In this document: positions 1 to 9,981 of the stretch, one piece after another
How positions within the stretch are numbered: position 1 is the stretch's first letter
How the letters are laid out: each line of letters begins with the position of its first letter
Assembly (NCBI GenBank): GCA_963745035.1
Contig: CAVUVW010000025.1
Coordinates: 131,646-195,645 of the forward strand
Direction: 5' to 3'
DNA length: 64,000 nucleotides
Source: an uncultured delta proteobacterium
Lineage (GTDB): Bacteria; Desulfobacterota; Binatia; UBA9968
Notes under the pieces: model-generated
Database searches by the model: none
Told to the model about the DNA's origin: nothing
What the model saw: the letters and a program-made list of their open reading frames with translations, nothing else
Made by a program: the position numbers and the translations under genes

Positions 1-155
1 GACAGCACGGTAGACTTGCCGCAGCCCGAATGGCCGATGATGCAGACAAACTCTCCTTCGGTCACCCGCAAGTTGAAATCCTTGACGATCACCGAGCGCC
101 CCTGCTCGGTATCGTAGCTCTTGCCCAACTGAGTGAGTTCGAGAAATGGCATCAT
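1..155 (-). CDS. Nitrate/nitrite ABC transporter ATP-binding subunit (NrtD-like), 5' part; runs off the window
   Basis: Manual translation [14 protein letters not shown]...[17 protein letters not shown] contains Walker A; ATGA overlap with the upstream ATPase stop. Confidence 0.8.
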   Translation of the reverse strand, partial: MMPFLELTQLGKSYDTEQGRSVIVKDFNLRVTEGEFVCIIGHSGCGKSTVL

Positions 156-1006
156 TGCGAAATTCCTTCCAGCGCTAATTGAGTTGCGCGCTTGCGCCGG
201 GCAGGTCTTTGGTTCGAACCTTTTTGTCCCGCGACGAGAATGCCCACAGTCTCGCGCCGCGCCTTTTGATAATCCGCGCCGCGGCCAACTTCGGCGCGCG
301 AGCGCGGGTGCGGCGTCGCGATGCGCACCGGCGGTCCGAGGGTCGCGCCAGGACTCGAAGTCAGCGTGTAAATCGTATCGGCAAGCAAGATCGCCTCATC
401 GATATCGTTGGTGATCATCACCACCGTCTTTTGGGTTTCCATCCAGATGCGCGCCAGCTCTTCCTGCAACGTACCGCGGGTCAGCGCGTCGAGGGCGCTG
501 AATGGTTCGTCCATCAGCAGCACCTTAGGGTCCATCGCCAGGCCGCGGGCCACCGCCACTCGCTGGCGCATGCCGCCGGAAAGCTCGCGCGGCCGCTTGC
601 CGGAGGCGTTGCTGAGATTCACCAGCTTGATGTAATGCTCCGTGCGCTCACGTTTGTCTTTTTCCGCCAGATGCGGCGCCACCGCATCGACGGCGAGATG
701 GATGTTTTCGTAGACCGTCATCCAGGGCAGCAGTGAATAGTTTTGAAAAACGATGCCGCGCTCCGGGCCCGGACCTTGAATCGCTTTGCCTTCGAGCAAG
801 ATCTCGCCGTGATCCGGTTCCATCAAACCGGCGATCAGCGAGATCAAAGTCGTCTTGCCGGCGCCGGAGCGGCCGACGATACAAACGAACTCCCGTTCTT
901 CGATGGCGAGGTTGATGTCGCGCAGCACGGGCAGCACGTTCGCCGATTGGGCTTTGCCTCTGCCGTGGAATCCCTTGCTCACGCCGCAAATTTCCAGAAA
1001 AGCCAT
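152..1006 (-). CDS. Nitrate/nitrite ABC transporter ATP-binding subunit (NrtC-like)
   Basis: GRSGAGKT Walker A, LSGGMRQR signature, LLMDEPF Walker B; operon context. Confidence 0.9.
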   Translation of the reverse strand: MAFLEICGVSKGFHGRGKAQSANVLPVLRDINLAIEEREFVCIVGRSGAGKTTLISLIAGLMEPDHGEILLEGKAIQGPGPERGIVFQNYSLLPWMTVYENIHLAVDAVAPHLAEKDKRERTEHYIKLVNLSNASGKRPRELSGGMRQRVAVARGLAMDPKVLLMDEPFSALDALTRGTLQEELARIWMETQKTVVMITNDIDEAILLADTIYTLTSSPGATLGPPVRIATPHPRSRAEVGRGADYQKARRETVGILVAGQKGSNQRPARRKRATQLALEGISQ

Positions 1007-1015
1007 GCGCATTCC

Positions 1016-1789
1016 TCAGGCGGTTTTGAACCGGCGCTCGACCACGCCCATTAACCGGTCCAGCGCGAAGCCGATCAGGCCAATGGTGATGATCGACAAG
1101 AGAATGTGCGAATAGACCAGGCTGTTGTATTCCTGCCAGAGAAAACCGCCGACGCCAGGAGCACCGGTGAGCATTTCCGAAGCGACGATGACCAGCCACG
1201 CCAAACCGAGGGACAGACGATAGCCGGTAAACACATAAGGCAGCGATCCCGGAATGATGATGCGCCGCAAGGTTTTCAGCCAGGAGAGTTTGAGCACCCG
1301 CCCAACGTTCAGATATTCCGGGTTGATGCTGCGTACGCCTACGGCCGTGTTGATCACGGTCGGCCACATGGCACAAAGCGCGATCGTGAAGATCGCCGCG
1401 GGCTCCGACTGCCGGAAGATAACCAAGCCCAGCGGCAGCCAGGCCAAGGGCGAGATCGGCCGCAGGATTTGGATCACTGGATCGAACGATTTGTAAAAGA
1501 ACGTCGACAATCCCAGGAGAAAGCCGATGGGCGTGCCAATCGCAATCGCCAGCAAGAAGCCCTTGGCGACGCGCATGAGACTCAGAAACGCGAAACGTCC
1601 GATGCCCTGGTTCATTTCGCCGTCTTTGAAAAACGGGTTGAGGATATACTGCTTGCTCTCTTCCCAGGTTTTCAGCGGCGACGGCAGATCCAGCGCCACG
1701 GTTGTGCTGATCATTGTCCAGAGGAGCAGCGTAAAGCCGATCCCTAGGAAAGGAAGAAACAGAGTAGCGAGATCGAGTCGTTTGGCCAT
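1016..1789 (-). CDS. nrtB: Nitrate ABC transporter permease
   Basis: Multi-TM; LRPISPLAWLP and GLAWLVIVASEM motifs typical of NrtB/CmpB. Confidence 0.88.
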   Translation of the reverse strand: MAKRLDLATLFLPFLGIGFTLLLWTMISTTVALDLPSPLKTWEESKQYILNPFFKDGEMNQGIGRFAFLSLMRVAKGFLLAIAIGTPIGFLLGLSTFFYKSFDPVIQILRPISPLAWLPLGLVIFRQSEPAAIFTIALCAMWPTVINTAVGVRSINPEYLNVGRVLKLSWLKTLRRIIIPGSLPYVFTGYRLSLGLAWLVIVASEMLTGAPGVGGFLWQEYNSLVYSHILLSIITIGLIGFALDRLMGVVERRFKTA

Positions 1790-1800
1790 GTTTTGTCCTT

Positions 1801-3084
1801 TCAGACGAGATTATGGACGGCGAATTTTTTCGCGTACTCTTCCGGCTTGGCCGGGTCGAACTCGATGCCGTCGAAGAGCGTCTCTCTCTTCATGTCTTCC
1901 TTGGGTACCGAGATGCTCATCTCCTTCGCGACCTCGCGAAAGATGTCCGGACGATGAACTTTGTCGACAACCCCCTTGTAATCGGGCGCTCCCTTCACCA
2001 TGCCCCAACGGCGGAACTGCGACAGCCACCAAACGCCGTGAGACTTTAGCGGAAAATTGGTGTTGCGCACGAAGAACGTCATGTAGTTGGGATCCTTTTC
2101 TTTGCGTCCATCGCCGTAGTCATAGTCGCCGAGCATGCGGCCGAGAATGATTTCCTTTTGCGTGTTGATGTACTGCGGCTTCGACACTACCTCGGCCATG
2201 TGCGCGCGGTTTTCCAGCTTATCGATGTGCTGGCTCGATTCGAGCATCGCGCGTAGGATCGCTTTGACCGTCTTGGGATTCTTGTCGGCGAACTCCTCGG
2301 TGAACGCGAGAACCTTTTCCGGATGGTCTTTCCACAACTGCTGTGTGGTGATCGCGGTGAAGCCGATGCCGTCGGCGATCGCCCGGGCGTTCCATGGCTC
2401 GCCGACGCAGAACCCGTCCATCTTGCCCACCTTCATGTTCGCGACCATCTGCGCCGGCGGTATGGTGATGAGCGTCACGTCCTTGTCCGGATTGATGCCG
2501 CCGGAGCCGAGCCAATAGCGCATCCACATGGCGTGAGTTCCGGGAGGGAAAGTCATGGCGAAAGTCATCGGGCTGCCCGCCTTCTTGGCTTGCTCGGCCA
2601 ACGGCTTGATCGCCTGCGGCGTCTTGGCGCCCTTGGCCAGCAACTCTTTGTCCAACGTGATCGCCTGCCCGTTGCGATTGAGATAAAAGGGAATGATCAT
2701 CGGTTTTTGCGGCGAGCCGAGCAGTCCCATAGTCGACGCGTAAGGCATGCCGATGAGCATATGCGTCGCCTGATTTTCTCCCAACGTGAGCCGGTCGCGA
2801 ATGACGGCCCAGGACGCTTCCTTCGAAATGGTCGACTCGATGCCGTATTTCTTGAACAGGCCGAGCTCGTGCGCCATGACGATGGAAGAGCAATCCGTAA
2901 GCGCGATGATGCCGAAGCGAACTTTGGTCGTCTCCGGCGCATCCGCGGCGTACACACCGCCCACCCATCCCTTCGGCATGCCGACGAGGAAGGCGCCCAC
3001 CGCACCCCCGGAGATCTTGAGAAAATTCCGCCGGTTTATTTTTCCAGTTTTGACGAATTGGTTTTTTCTAGCCACGATCCTCAT
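1801..3084 (-). CDS. nrtA: NrtA/CmpA-family nitrate-binding protein, Tat-exported
   Basis: NRRNFLK twin-arginine signal; IALTDC, TFPPGTH, GFCVGEPWN, WKDHPEK motifs. Confidence 0.88.
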   Translation of the reverse strand: MRIVARKNQFVKTGKINRRNFLKISGGAVGAFLVGMPKGWVGGVYAADAPETTKVRFGIIALTDCSSIVMAHELGLFKKYGIESTISKEASWAVIRDRLTLGENQATHMLIGMPYASTMGLLGSPQKPMIIPFYLNRNGQAITLDKELLAKGAKTPQAIKPLAEQAKKAGSPMTFAMTFPPGTHAMWMRYWLGSGGINPDKDVTLITIPPAQMVANMKVGKMDGFCVGEPWNARAIADGIGFTAITTQQLWKDHPEKVLAFTEEFADKNPKTVKAILRAMLESSQHIDKLENRAHMAEVVSKPQYINTQKEIILGRMLGDYDYGDGRKEKDPNYMTFFVRNTNFPLKSHGVWWLSQFRRWGMVKGAPDYKGVVDKVHRPDIFREVAKEMSISVPKEDMKRETLFDGIEFDPAKPEEYAKKFAVHNLV

Positions 3085-4938
3085 CCCTCCACCGTAACTT
3101 GTTCACCCTGCGCCACCAGCCGAAAGACTTTCACCTTCAAGCTCGGATCCGTCGAACAAGCGCCGGTTTTCAAGTCGAATTTATAGCCGTGCAGCGGACA
3201 GACGACCTCGCCGCCCTCGATCCAGCCCTTGCACAATTGGCCCCCTTCGTGCGGGCAAATGTTTTGAATGCCGTAGAGTTTTCCGTCGTTTTTGAAGACC
3301 GCCATCTCTTCTCCTTTCACGCGCACCAGTTTCGCCGCGCCTTCGGCGATCTCATCGCCGCGAAACGATGTCTTTGCCGCTTTGGTATCCGCAGGAGGTG
3401 GCTGCGTACCCAGCGCGGGTGGCTGGGAAATTTTGCGCAACTGTTGTCGCATCGCTTTGAAAGCGCCGTGCTTCGCCAGCCCGGCGATGGCGTCGGGCAA
3501 GTCCTCACACGGCACGTCTTCGAGAATCTTGATTGGAAAGTTGGCTTCGATGCCCGCGGCGCCGGCGGCGAAGACGTCCACCGCTTCGACCACTTCGCCG
3601 TTGATCTTGACGTTCTTTCCGAGGAGACCGATGTCCGAAACGGTGTGGTTGCCGCAGCTCGCCGGGCAGCCCGACCAGTGCATGCGCAGCGGCTGGGTCT
3701 TGCCGAGTTTGGCTTCCAGATGGCGCGCAGTCTTGAGCGCCCATCCCTTGGTGTCGATCAAGGCGAAATGGCAGTAATCCATCCCCGTGCAGCTCACCAG
3801 ACCGCGCATGACCTCCGAGGGATCGTAGCGCAGCTCCTCAAGCACGGGCTCTTCCGTGAGCGCGCCGATCCTGGAATCCGGCACGTTCGGAATAATGATG
3901 TTCTGGCCGACCGTGAGCCGAAGCTGGCCACTGCCGTAGTTTTCTGCCAAGTCTGCGATGCGCAGCATCTGCTCCGAGGTTATGCGTCCGACCGGCACGG
4001 CGAGACCGACGTAGTTGAGTCCCTGCTGCTTCTGGCGCAACACCCCGACGTGATCGGTGTGCTTCTGCGCGCGTTCATCCTTTCCCGCTGCTGTGAGCGG
4101 GCGGTCGACGCGGCGCTCCAATTCGGCGCGAAACTTTTCGATACCCCAGTTCTCGATCAAGAACGCCAAACGCGCCTTGGTGCGCAGCTCGCGGCGCGCC
4201 GTGGTCGCGAAAGATCATGACGATGTGGCTGCACAGCACAGCGGCCTCCTCCGGCGTCACGAAGAGGTTGAGCGGTGAGGCCATGCGAAAGCCGCCCGAG
4301 CCGAGCTTGCCGCCCACCGCGATGTTGAACCCGCACAGCTCGATCCCGCTGATTTCCTTGGTCGCAGGCGTCAAAGCCAGATCCTGCGACTCCGCGTGGG
4401 TGCAAACCTCTTTGCACGCGGTGATCGTGACGTTGAACTTGCGCGGCAGATTGGTGAACGCTTTGTTGCCGACGAAGATTTGCGTGAACTCGCGCACCAC
4501 GCCCGAGGCGTCGAACAGCTCGTTGGGCGTGAGACCGGCGACGGGGCAGCCGATCACGCCGCGGATATTATCCATGCCGGTCTGCAGCGAGATCAGCTCG
4601 ACAGCCGCGAGCCGCTCCCAGATTTCCGGCACGTCGGCAATCGTGAACCAGCGCAGTTGAATCTGCTGGCGGGTGGTGATGTCGGCGAAGCCCTTGCCGT
4701 ATTGGCCGCTGATTTGCCCGATGGCGCGGAGCTGCGTCGCGCTCAGGATGCCGTTGGGAATGCGCAGGCGCATCATGAAATGGCCGGGGGTTTGCCGCCG
4801 GAAAAACACGCCGGCCCACTTGAGGCGCTCCTTGTCGCCTTCGGTGATCGCCTGCCATCCCTCGGCCGCGTACCGCGGCACATCGCCGAGGATTTCCAGC
4901 CCATCCTTTTCTTTTTTGTATTCTTCGATCTTATTCAT
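3081..4938 (-). CDS. nirA: Ferredoxin-nitrite reductase with C-terminal Rieske (NirD-like) domain; frameshift near 4200
   Basis: ORFs 4075..4938 and 3081..4169 join into NirA (TTRQQIQ, NLPRKFN, CTGMDYC and GCPASCG cluster ligands), followed by CPH...CPLH Rieske motif. Confidence 0.88.
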
Positions 4939-5187
4939 GATCTCGCGAGCGCCGGTTCAAACCACAATGCGTTCGACATACGATGGCTATTTCCATAGCG
5001 GCCAGGATTTGCTGCGGAGCCGGCCGGCGCGGTTTGGCCTGGAAACTTCCAGATCGAAGCAGCGCGCCATCTCCAGCACGGGCAGCTTGGGGATGTCCCG
5101 ATCGGCCTGATCGCCGAACACTTCCGCCAGGAAAAGAATGTTCTCGAAAATCTTTCCGCTTGTTCTTTTTGCCCGCGCTTTTGCCAT
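4935..5187 (-). CDS. Small hypothetical protein, first gene of the nir/nrt operon (probably frameshifted)
   Basis: AGGAG RBS before ATG 5187; an alternate frame ends in a TGA overlapping the nirA ATG. Confidence 0.5.
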
Positions 5188-5201
5188 TTACGGCTCCTTG
5201 C

Positions 5202-5273
5202 AAAAATAAAAAGGCGCTCCATCGGATAACCGATGAGCGCCTTTGCTCAGCGAATGCGTCGTCGCGTTCGCTG
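5202..5273 (-). promoter_or_regulatory. ANTAR twin-hairpin element overlapping an intrinsic terminator
   Basis: Minus strand: P1 CAGCGAAcGC-GACGAC-GCaTTCGCTG; P2 GAGC-AAAGGC-GCTC (A1/G4 hexaloop), overlapping terminator AAAGGCGCTCATCGG..CCGATGGAGCGCCTTTTTATTTTT; ANTAR gene adjacent. Confidence 0.85.
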
Positions 5274-5283
5274 TTATGAATGA

Positions 5284-5298
5284 GCAATCGTTATGCCA
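5284..5298 (-). promoter_or_regulatory. Sigma54 -24/-12 promoter of the nir/nrt operon
   Basis: TGGCAT-AACGA-TTGC matches TGGCAC-N5-TTGC. Confidence 0.8.
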
Positions 5299-5379
5299 TG
5301 GACAAATGGAAATAAACCGACGTGATTCTGCCCTTTCGCGCCTGCGGCGTATCTCACTGCCTGCGGCGAAGTCAGGCGC

Positions 5380-5396
5380 TGCTTAGATAAGCGGCA
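5380..5396. promoter_or_regulatory. Putative NtrC-type enhancer site
   Basis: TGC-N11-GCA (tgcttagataagcggca) about 80-100 bp upstream of the sigma54 promoter. Confidence 0.4.
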
Positions 5397-5401
5397 GTCA
5401 C

Positions 5402-5989
5402 TCAATTTTTGTCTCCCTTCATAAATCCACCGGCCAAGATAATTGCCTGGGCGACTTCAACCATCGGTTTGCGCATATTCATGCTGGCTTTCTTGATCAA
5501 GGTGTACGCTTGATCTTCCGACAGATGGCGCTGCTGCATGATCAATCCCTTGGCGCGCTCGATGACTTTTCGCGCTTCCAAGGTTTCTTTCAGACTGGAG
5601 TTTTCCGCGCGCAGCGCGAGGAAATCCTGAAAACGTATGATCGCCAGCTCGACCGCAGGGCTGAGCTGTTCGGCCCTCAGCGGCTTGACGAGATAACCCA
5701 TCACTCCGGCGCGTTTGGCGCGCTCGACCGTCGCCTCGTCACAGTGGCTGGTGATGAGAACGATCGGCACGGGATGCGACCGCATGACGTCGTGAGAAGC
5801 TTCGATGCCGTCAACGTCGGACAGTCCCACGGCCATTAAAATAACGTCGGGAACCGCCCTGCGCGCCAGCGCCAGCGCAGTTTTGCCGCTTGCGCCCTCG
5901 CCCGCGATCTCGTATCCGCCGCTATTTAGGATCGAAAAAAGATGCCGGCGCGAGGGTGGATGATCATCTATGACCACGACCCTTCTCAT
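5402..5989 (-). CDS. ANTAR-domain antiterminator with receiver-like domain (NasT/AmiR-like)
   Basis: Receiver fold plus RKVIERAKGLIM...AYTLIKKASMNMRKPM ANTAR motif; phospho-Asp position reads Ala. Confidence 0.9.
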   Translation of the reverse strand: MRRVVVIDDHPPSRRHLFSILNSGGYEIAGEGASGKTALALARRAVPDVILMAVGLSDVDGIEASHDVMRSHPVPIVLITSHCDEATVERAKRAGVMGYLVKPLRAEQLSPAVELAIIRFQDFLALRAENSSLKETLEARKVIERAKGLIMQQRHLSEDQAYTLIKKASMNMRKPMVEVAQAIILAGGFMKGDKN

Positions 5990-6732
5990 GGGTCCGCTTG
6001 GCCTCCGTCTCCCTTGCGGTTACGCGACCGGCAGTTGCGTCGAACAAATTCTGAGAGGAATCTCTCGCCGTAGTATTTCAAATTGGGCGCATAGCTCTGC
6101 GTGTCGGCGATGATCTTGTCGGGAAGCACGTAGGGAGCCGCGGCTAGATCCTTGGAGCGCTCGTTGATCCACCGCTCAATCATGCGCGGCGTCACTTCGA
6201 GGTGGAACTGCAAGCCGTAGATGCTCTTGCCGACGCGAAAAGCCTGGGTGCTGTAGTGCGCCGAAGAAGCCAGACGAATTGCGCCGGCCGGCAAATCGAA
6301 GCCATCGGCGTGCCATTGGAACACGGTGGCGTTTTCCGGCAGATAGCCGAGCAGCGAGTCCATCTGCCCGTGCGGCGTGATGGATATCGGACTCCAGCCG
6401 ATTTCCCTGACCGCGCCGTGAAAAACTTGTGTTCCAAGAGCCTCAGCCAGGAGATGCGCGCCGAAACAAACGCCGAGGATCGGCACCGCTTCGTCGATCG
6501 CCGCGCGAATGATGCGTTTTTCCCAGCGCAGAAATGGAAAGTCGGCTTCGTCATCCACGCTCATGGAGCCGCCGAGAACGATTACGGCACTGACATTTTC
6601 CAATTCCCCCGCCGGCAACTCGCCGTGGAACAAGCGAAAAATTCGAAAATCCGTTCCTTGCTTTTCCAGTACCTCGGCGAAAAAGCCGAGATCCTCGAGC
6701 GGATCGTGCTGAAAAACCAGGACCTCTGACAT
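5986..6732 (-). CDS. Class I glutamine amidotransferase-like protein
   Basis: VLGGSMS, GVCFGAH (nucleophile Cys), QWHADGF, QFHLE (His-x-Glu). Confidence 0.88.
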   Translation of the reverse strand: MSEVLVFQHDPLEDLGFFAEVLEKQGTDFRIFRLFHGELPAGELENVSAVIVLGGSMSVDDEADFPFLRWEKRIIRAAIDEAVPILGVCFGAHLLAEALGTQVFHGAVREIGWSPISITPHGQMDSLLGYLPENATVFQWHADGFDLPAGAIRLASSAHYSTQAFRVGKSIYGLQFHLEVTPRMIERWINERSKDLAAAPYVLPDKIIADTQSYAPNLKYYGERFLSEFVRRNCRSRNRKGDGGQADP

Positions 6733-6751
6733 GGATCGTGCCGAGTAATAA

Positions 6752-6817
6752 GTGCTGAGGACTGAGGTTGCGTCGCAATTTCTCACCTCAGCCCTTTACC
6801 GCTCAGTCCTCAGTCCT
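6752..6817. repeat. Inverted arrangement of short heptamer repeats (GACTGAG/CTCAGTC)
   Basis: gtgctgaggactgagg ... cctcagccct ... ctcagtcctcagtcct. Confidence 0.55.
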
Positions 6818-6846
6818 ACTTCTCCGCTGCTTGTACCTTGCGCAAT

Positions 6847-6881
6847 GGCGGTGCTGCGGTGGAGGTCACCGCAGCACCGCC
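6847..6881 (-). terminator. Perfect 15-bp hairpin after amtB (terminator-like or mRNA-stabilising)
   Basis: ggcggtgctgcggtg-gaggt-caccgcagcaccgcc; no clear U-tract. Confidence 0.5.
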
Positions 6882-6909
6882 CAGGAGACCACGCGGCTCA
6901 ACCGAAATA

Positions 6910-8503
6910 TTAGACAGTTCCCTTGGAAAGCTCCGCCGCGCCGTAAGGCGCGGTTGATCCCGCCATTTTCCCCGATGGGTCAACCAGAGCGGAACCGCGC
7001 GCGGCCACCGTCACGAAATCAGGATAGGCGACGTTGCCGTGCTCGCCGATATCGAGGCCTTCGATCTCTTCGTCCGCCGGCACGCGGATGCCGACGGTCG
7101 CCGCGATGATTTTCCAGAAAATCAGCGATACGGTGAAGACAAATGCGCCTACACCCACGACGCCGACAAGCTGCTTCATCAGCAGCGCCGCGCCGCCGCC
7201 GAAGAACAAACCGTTGCCGGTGGTGTTGGGCGTGAAATGATCCTGCGCGAACAATCCCACGCACAACGTGCCGAAGATACCGCAGACCAGGTGCACCGAA
7301 GTGGCGCCGACCGGATCGTCGATCTTGATCTTGTCGAAAAACAGCACCGAGACAACAACCAAAAATCCGGCGATCAAGCCGATGATGAGCGAGCTGGGAA
7401 TGCTTACGAAGGCGCAGCCGGCGGTGATCGCGACAAGCCCCGCCAGAGCGCCGTTGAGAATCATGCTGAGATCAGGCTTGCCCAAGAGCAACCATGCGGT
7501 GAGCGAAGCGGAAATGGCTGCCGCCGCTCCGGCGGTGTTGGTCGCCACGGCGATGCGTCCGATAGCGCCGGCATCCGCAGCCATGGTGCTGCCTGGATTG
7601 AAACCAAACCAGCCGAACCAGAGAACGAACACACCGAGAGTCGCCAAAGCCATGCTGTGGCCGGGAAGCGGCAAGGCTTTACCATCTTTGCTGTACTTGC
7701 CGATGCGCGGGCCGAGCACGATAATGCCCGCCAACGCGGCCCAGCCGCCCACCGAATGCACCACCGTCGAACCGGCGAAGTCGAACATGCCGAGCTTGGC
7801 CACCCAACCACCGCCCCAGATCCAGTGGCCGGTGATCGGATAGATGATGCCGACCATCAAAAAGGTGAAAATGTAGAAGGAGCCGAATTTGATGCGCTCG
7901 GCGACGGCGCCGGAGACGATGGTCGCCGCCGTGCCGGCGAAAACCAGCTGGAAGAAAAACTTCGTCCACAGCGGCACGCCCGTCCAGTTAAGCGCGGAGT
8001 ACACTCCCTTGTAGGCATCGCCCATGGCGGGACTATTGTCGGCTCCGCCGACAAACCAAAGCCCCTGAGTTCCCATGAACGCATTGCCGTCGCCGAACAT
8101 CAGTCCCCAGCCGAGCGCCAAAAAAGCCAGAGAAGAAGCCGCGAAGACGATAAAGTTCTTGGCCAAAATTGTGACGGCGTTTTTCGCTCGACAAAGGCCG
8201 GACTCGACCGTCGCGAAGCCTAGGTTCATGAAGAAGACCAACATGCCCGCGATCAAGCGTCCACATGGTGTCCATCGCTACCTTGGCGCCGCCGATCTGC
8301 TCCAATAGTCCTTGTGTGAACTGCGCCGGCGCCGCACCCGGATCTTCTTTCTTCGCTTCAGCCGCCGGCGCTGCGGCGGGCGCTTCCACTTTGGACGGCT
8401 CACTCGGCGGCGGCTCCTGCGCGCGCGCAACGCTCGTGACGAGGAATATTCCCAACAAGGCCGTCAACGACGCGAACGCTAAATATTTCTTTGCCTGCTT
8501 CAT
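6910..8503 (-). CDS. amtB: Ammonium transporter with signal peptide; frameshift near 8257
   Basis: FFQLVFA, SGAVAER, DFAGSTVVH, LWFGWFGFN, DDPVGA..VH; N-terminus in ORF 8033..8503. Confidence 0.93.
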
Positions 8504-8538
8504 TGTTTTCTCCCTCCTCGGAGTTTTGAGCTGATTTC

Positions 8539-8991
<453 letters not shown>

Positions 8992-9061
8992 CTAGTCGGT
9001 GAATTCTTTACAGATTCTTTACGATGGTGACGAGGCGGGCTTTGCGGAACTTCATAGAGGC

Positions 9062-9098
9062 TGCTCAGAAATTAAGCCTGCCGCCTAAATTTCATGCA
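9062..9098. promoter_or_regulatory. Tandem NtrC-like enhancer sites
   Basis: tgctcagaaattaagcc and cgcctaaatttcatgca: 17-mers with AT-rich cores, 100-135 bp upstream of -24. Confidence 0.45.
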
Positions 9099-9188
9099 GC
9101 ACGAAATGGATCAGGACGGTGTTGTGCGATCTAAACGTTAAGGTAGCAGTAAGGCGCTACTGTGTCACGACTGGGTGAGAAGCTTTTT

Positions 9189-9225
9189 GCGGGGCACGGC
9201 GCCCGGCGGGACGCCGTGCCCCTAT
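9189..9225. repeat. REP-like palindrome (GTAG-family-like)
   Basis: ggggcacggcg-N10-cgccgtgcccc-ta. Confidence 0.55.
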
Positions 9226-9274
9226 CCCGACGTCCTGCACAGGAGGCACACACTGAACAGGGAATCCGAATCGA

Positions 9275-9460
9275 TTAGAGCTCGTCTTTATGGTTTCGCG
9301 CGAGTGCCTCGATTTGATCGGCAACTTCACGAAGCTCGCGCGCCAAACCTTGGAACCCGTCGCTGATCACTTCCGTCGATGCCGTCGTATAGTGCACATG
9401 TACTAACGATTCGGGTCCAAGACTGACTTCCCACTTTTTTCCTGAATGGCTGTCATCCAT
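9275..9460 (-). CDS. Small hypothetical protein
   Basis: 61 aa, GAAGGA RBS, helical-looking C-terminus. Confidence 0.5.
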   Translation of the reverse strand: MDDSHSGKKWEVSLGPESLVHVHYTTASTEVISDGFQGLARELREVADQIEALARNHKDEL

Positions 9461-9667
9461 TGTTTCGTTCCTTCACTGGCGCATTTTCGAATCAAATCGG
9501 CCCTCTCCACATGTTTGGCGGCGGACTCGGTCACCGATTTAAAACCGATAGCAATGTCTCTCGATCAGTGGTGATCGACAAAAGTAGCTGGCTGTCTGAA
9601 GACCTGAAAAGGCGGAGATGGCTGGCTGTAAAATTTTTCTTCCAACGCTTCGACTGACGCGCGAATG

Positions 9668-9958
9668 TTATTGGTCCTCCGTTACCTTTGCCGGCAGAGG
9701 AACCGCGCTCGACTCGCAGGCCTTGATCTGCCAGCGGACCGCACGCCCGCAGTATTCCTGCGCGATCGCCGATTCCATACTCGGGTCGTAGCGGAGCGCA
9801 AGAATCAGATAGTGCAGCGCAATCGCCATGGCGATCTTTTCACCCGGCGTCTTCGCGTGCTTCTCTTCGAGCCAAATGGTCGCCGTATGAATCGTCTCCA
9901 CCGGGAAACGCTCCGTATGTCGATATAAATCCCAAGCTTTCTTTACTAGAAGATCCAT
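9668..9958 (-). CDS. Hypothetical protein
   Basis: 96-aa ORF directly after the iron operon; AGGTGAG upstream. Confidence 0.55.
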   Translation of the reverse strand: MDLLVKKAWDLYRHTERFPVETIHTATIWLEEKHAKTPGEKIAMAIALHYLILALRYDPSMESAIAQEYCGRAVRWQIKACESSAVPLPAKVTEDQ

Positions 9959-9981
9959 CGCTCACCTGCCGATCTGCGGAA

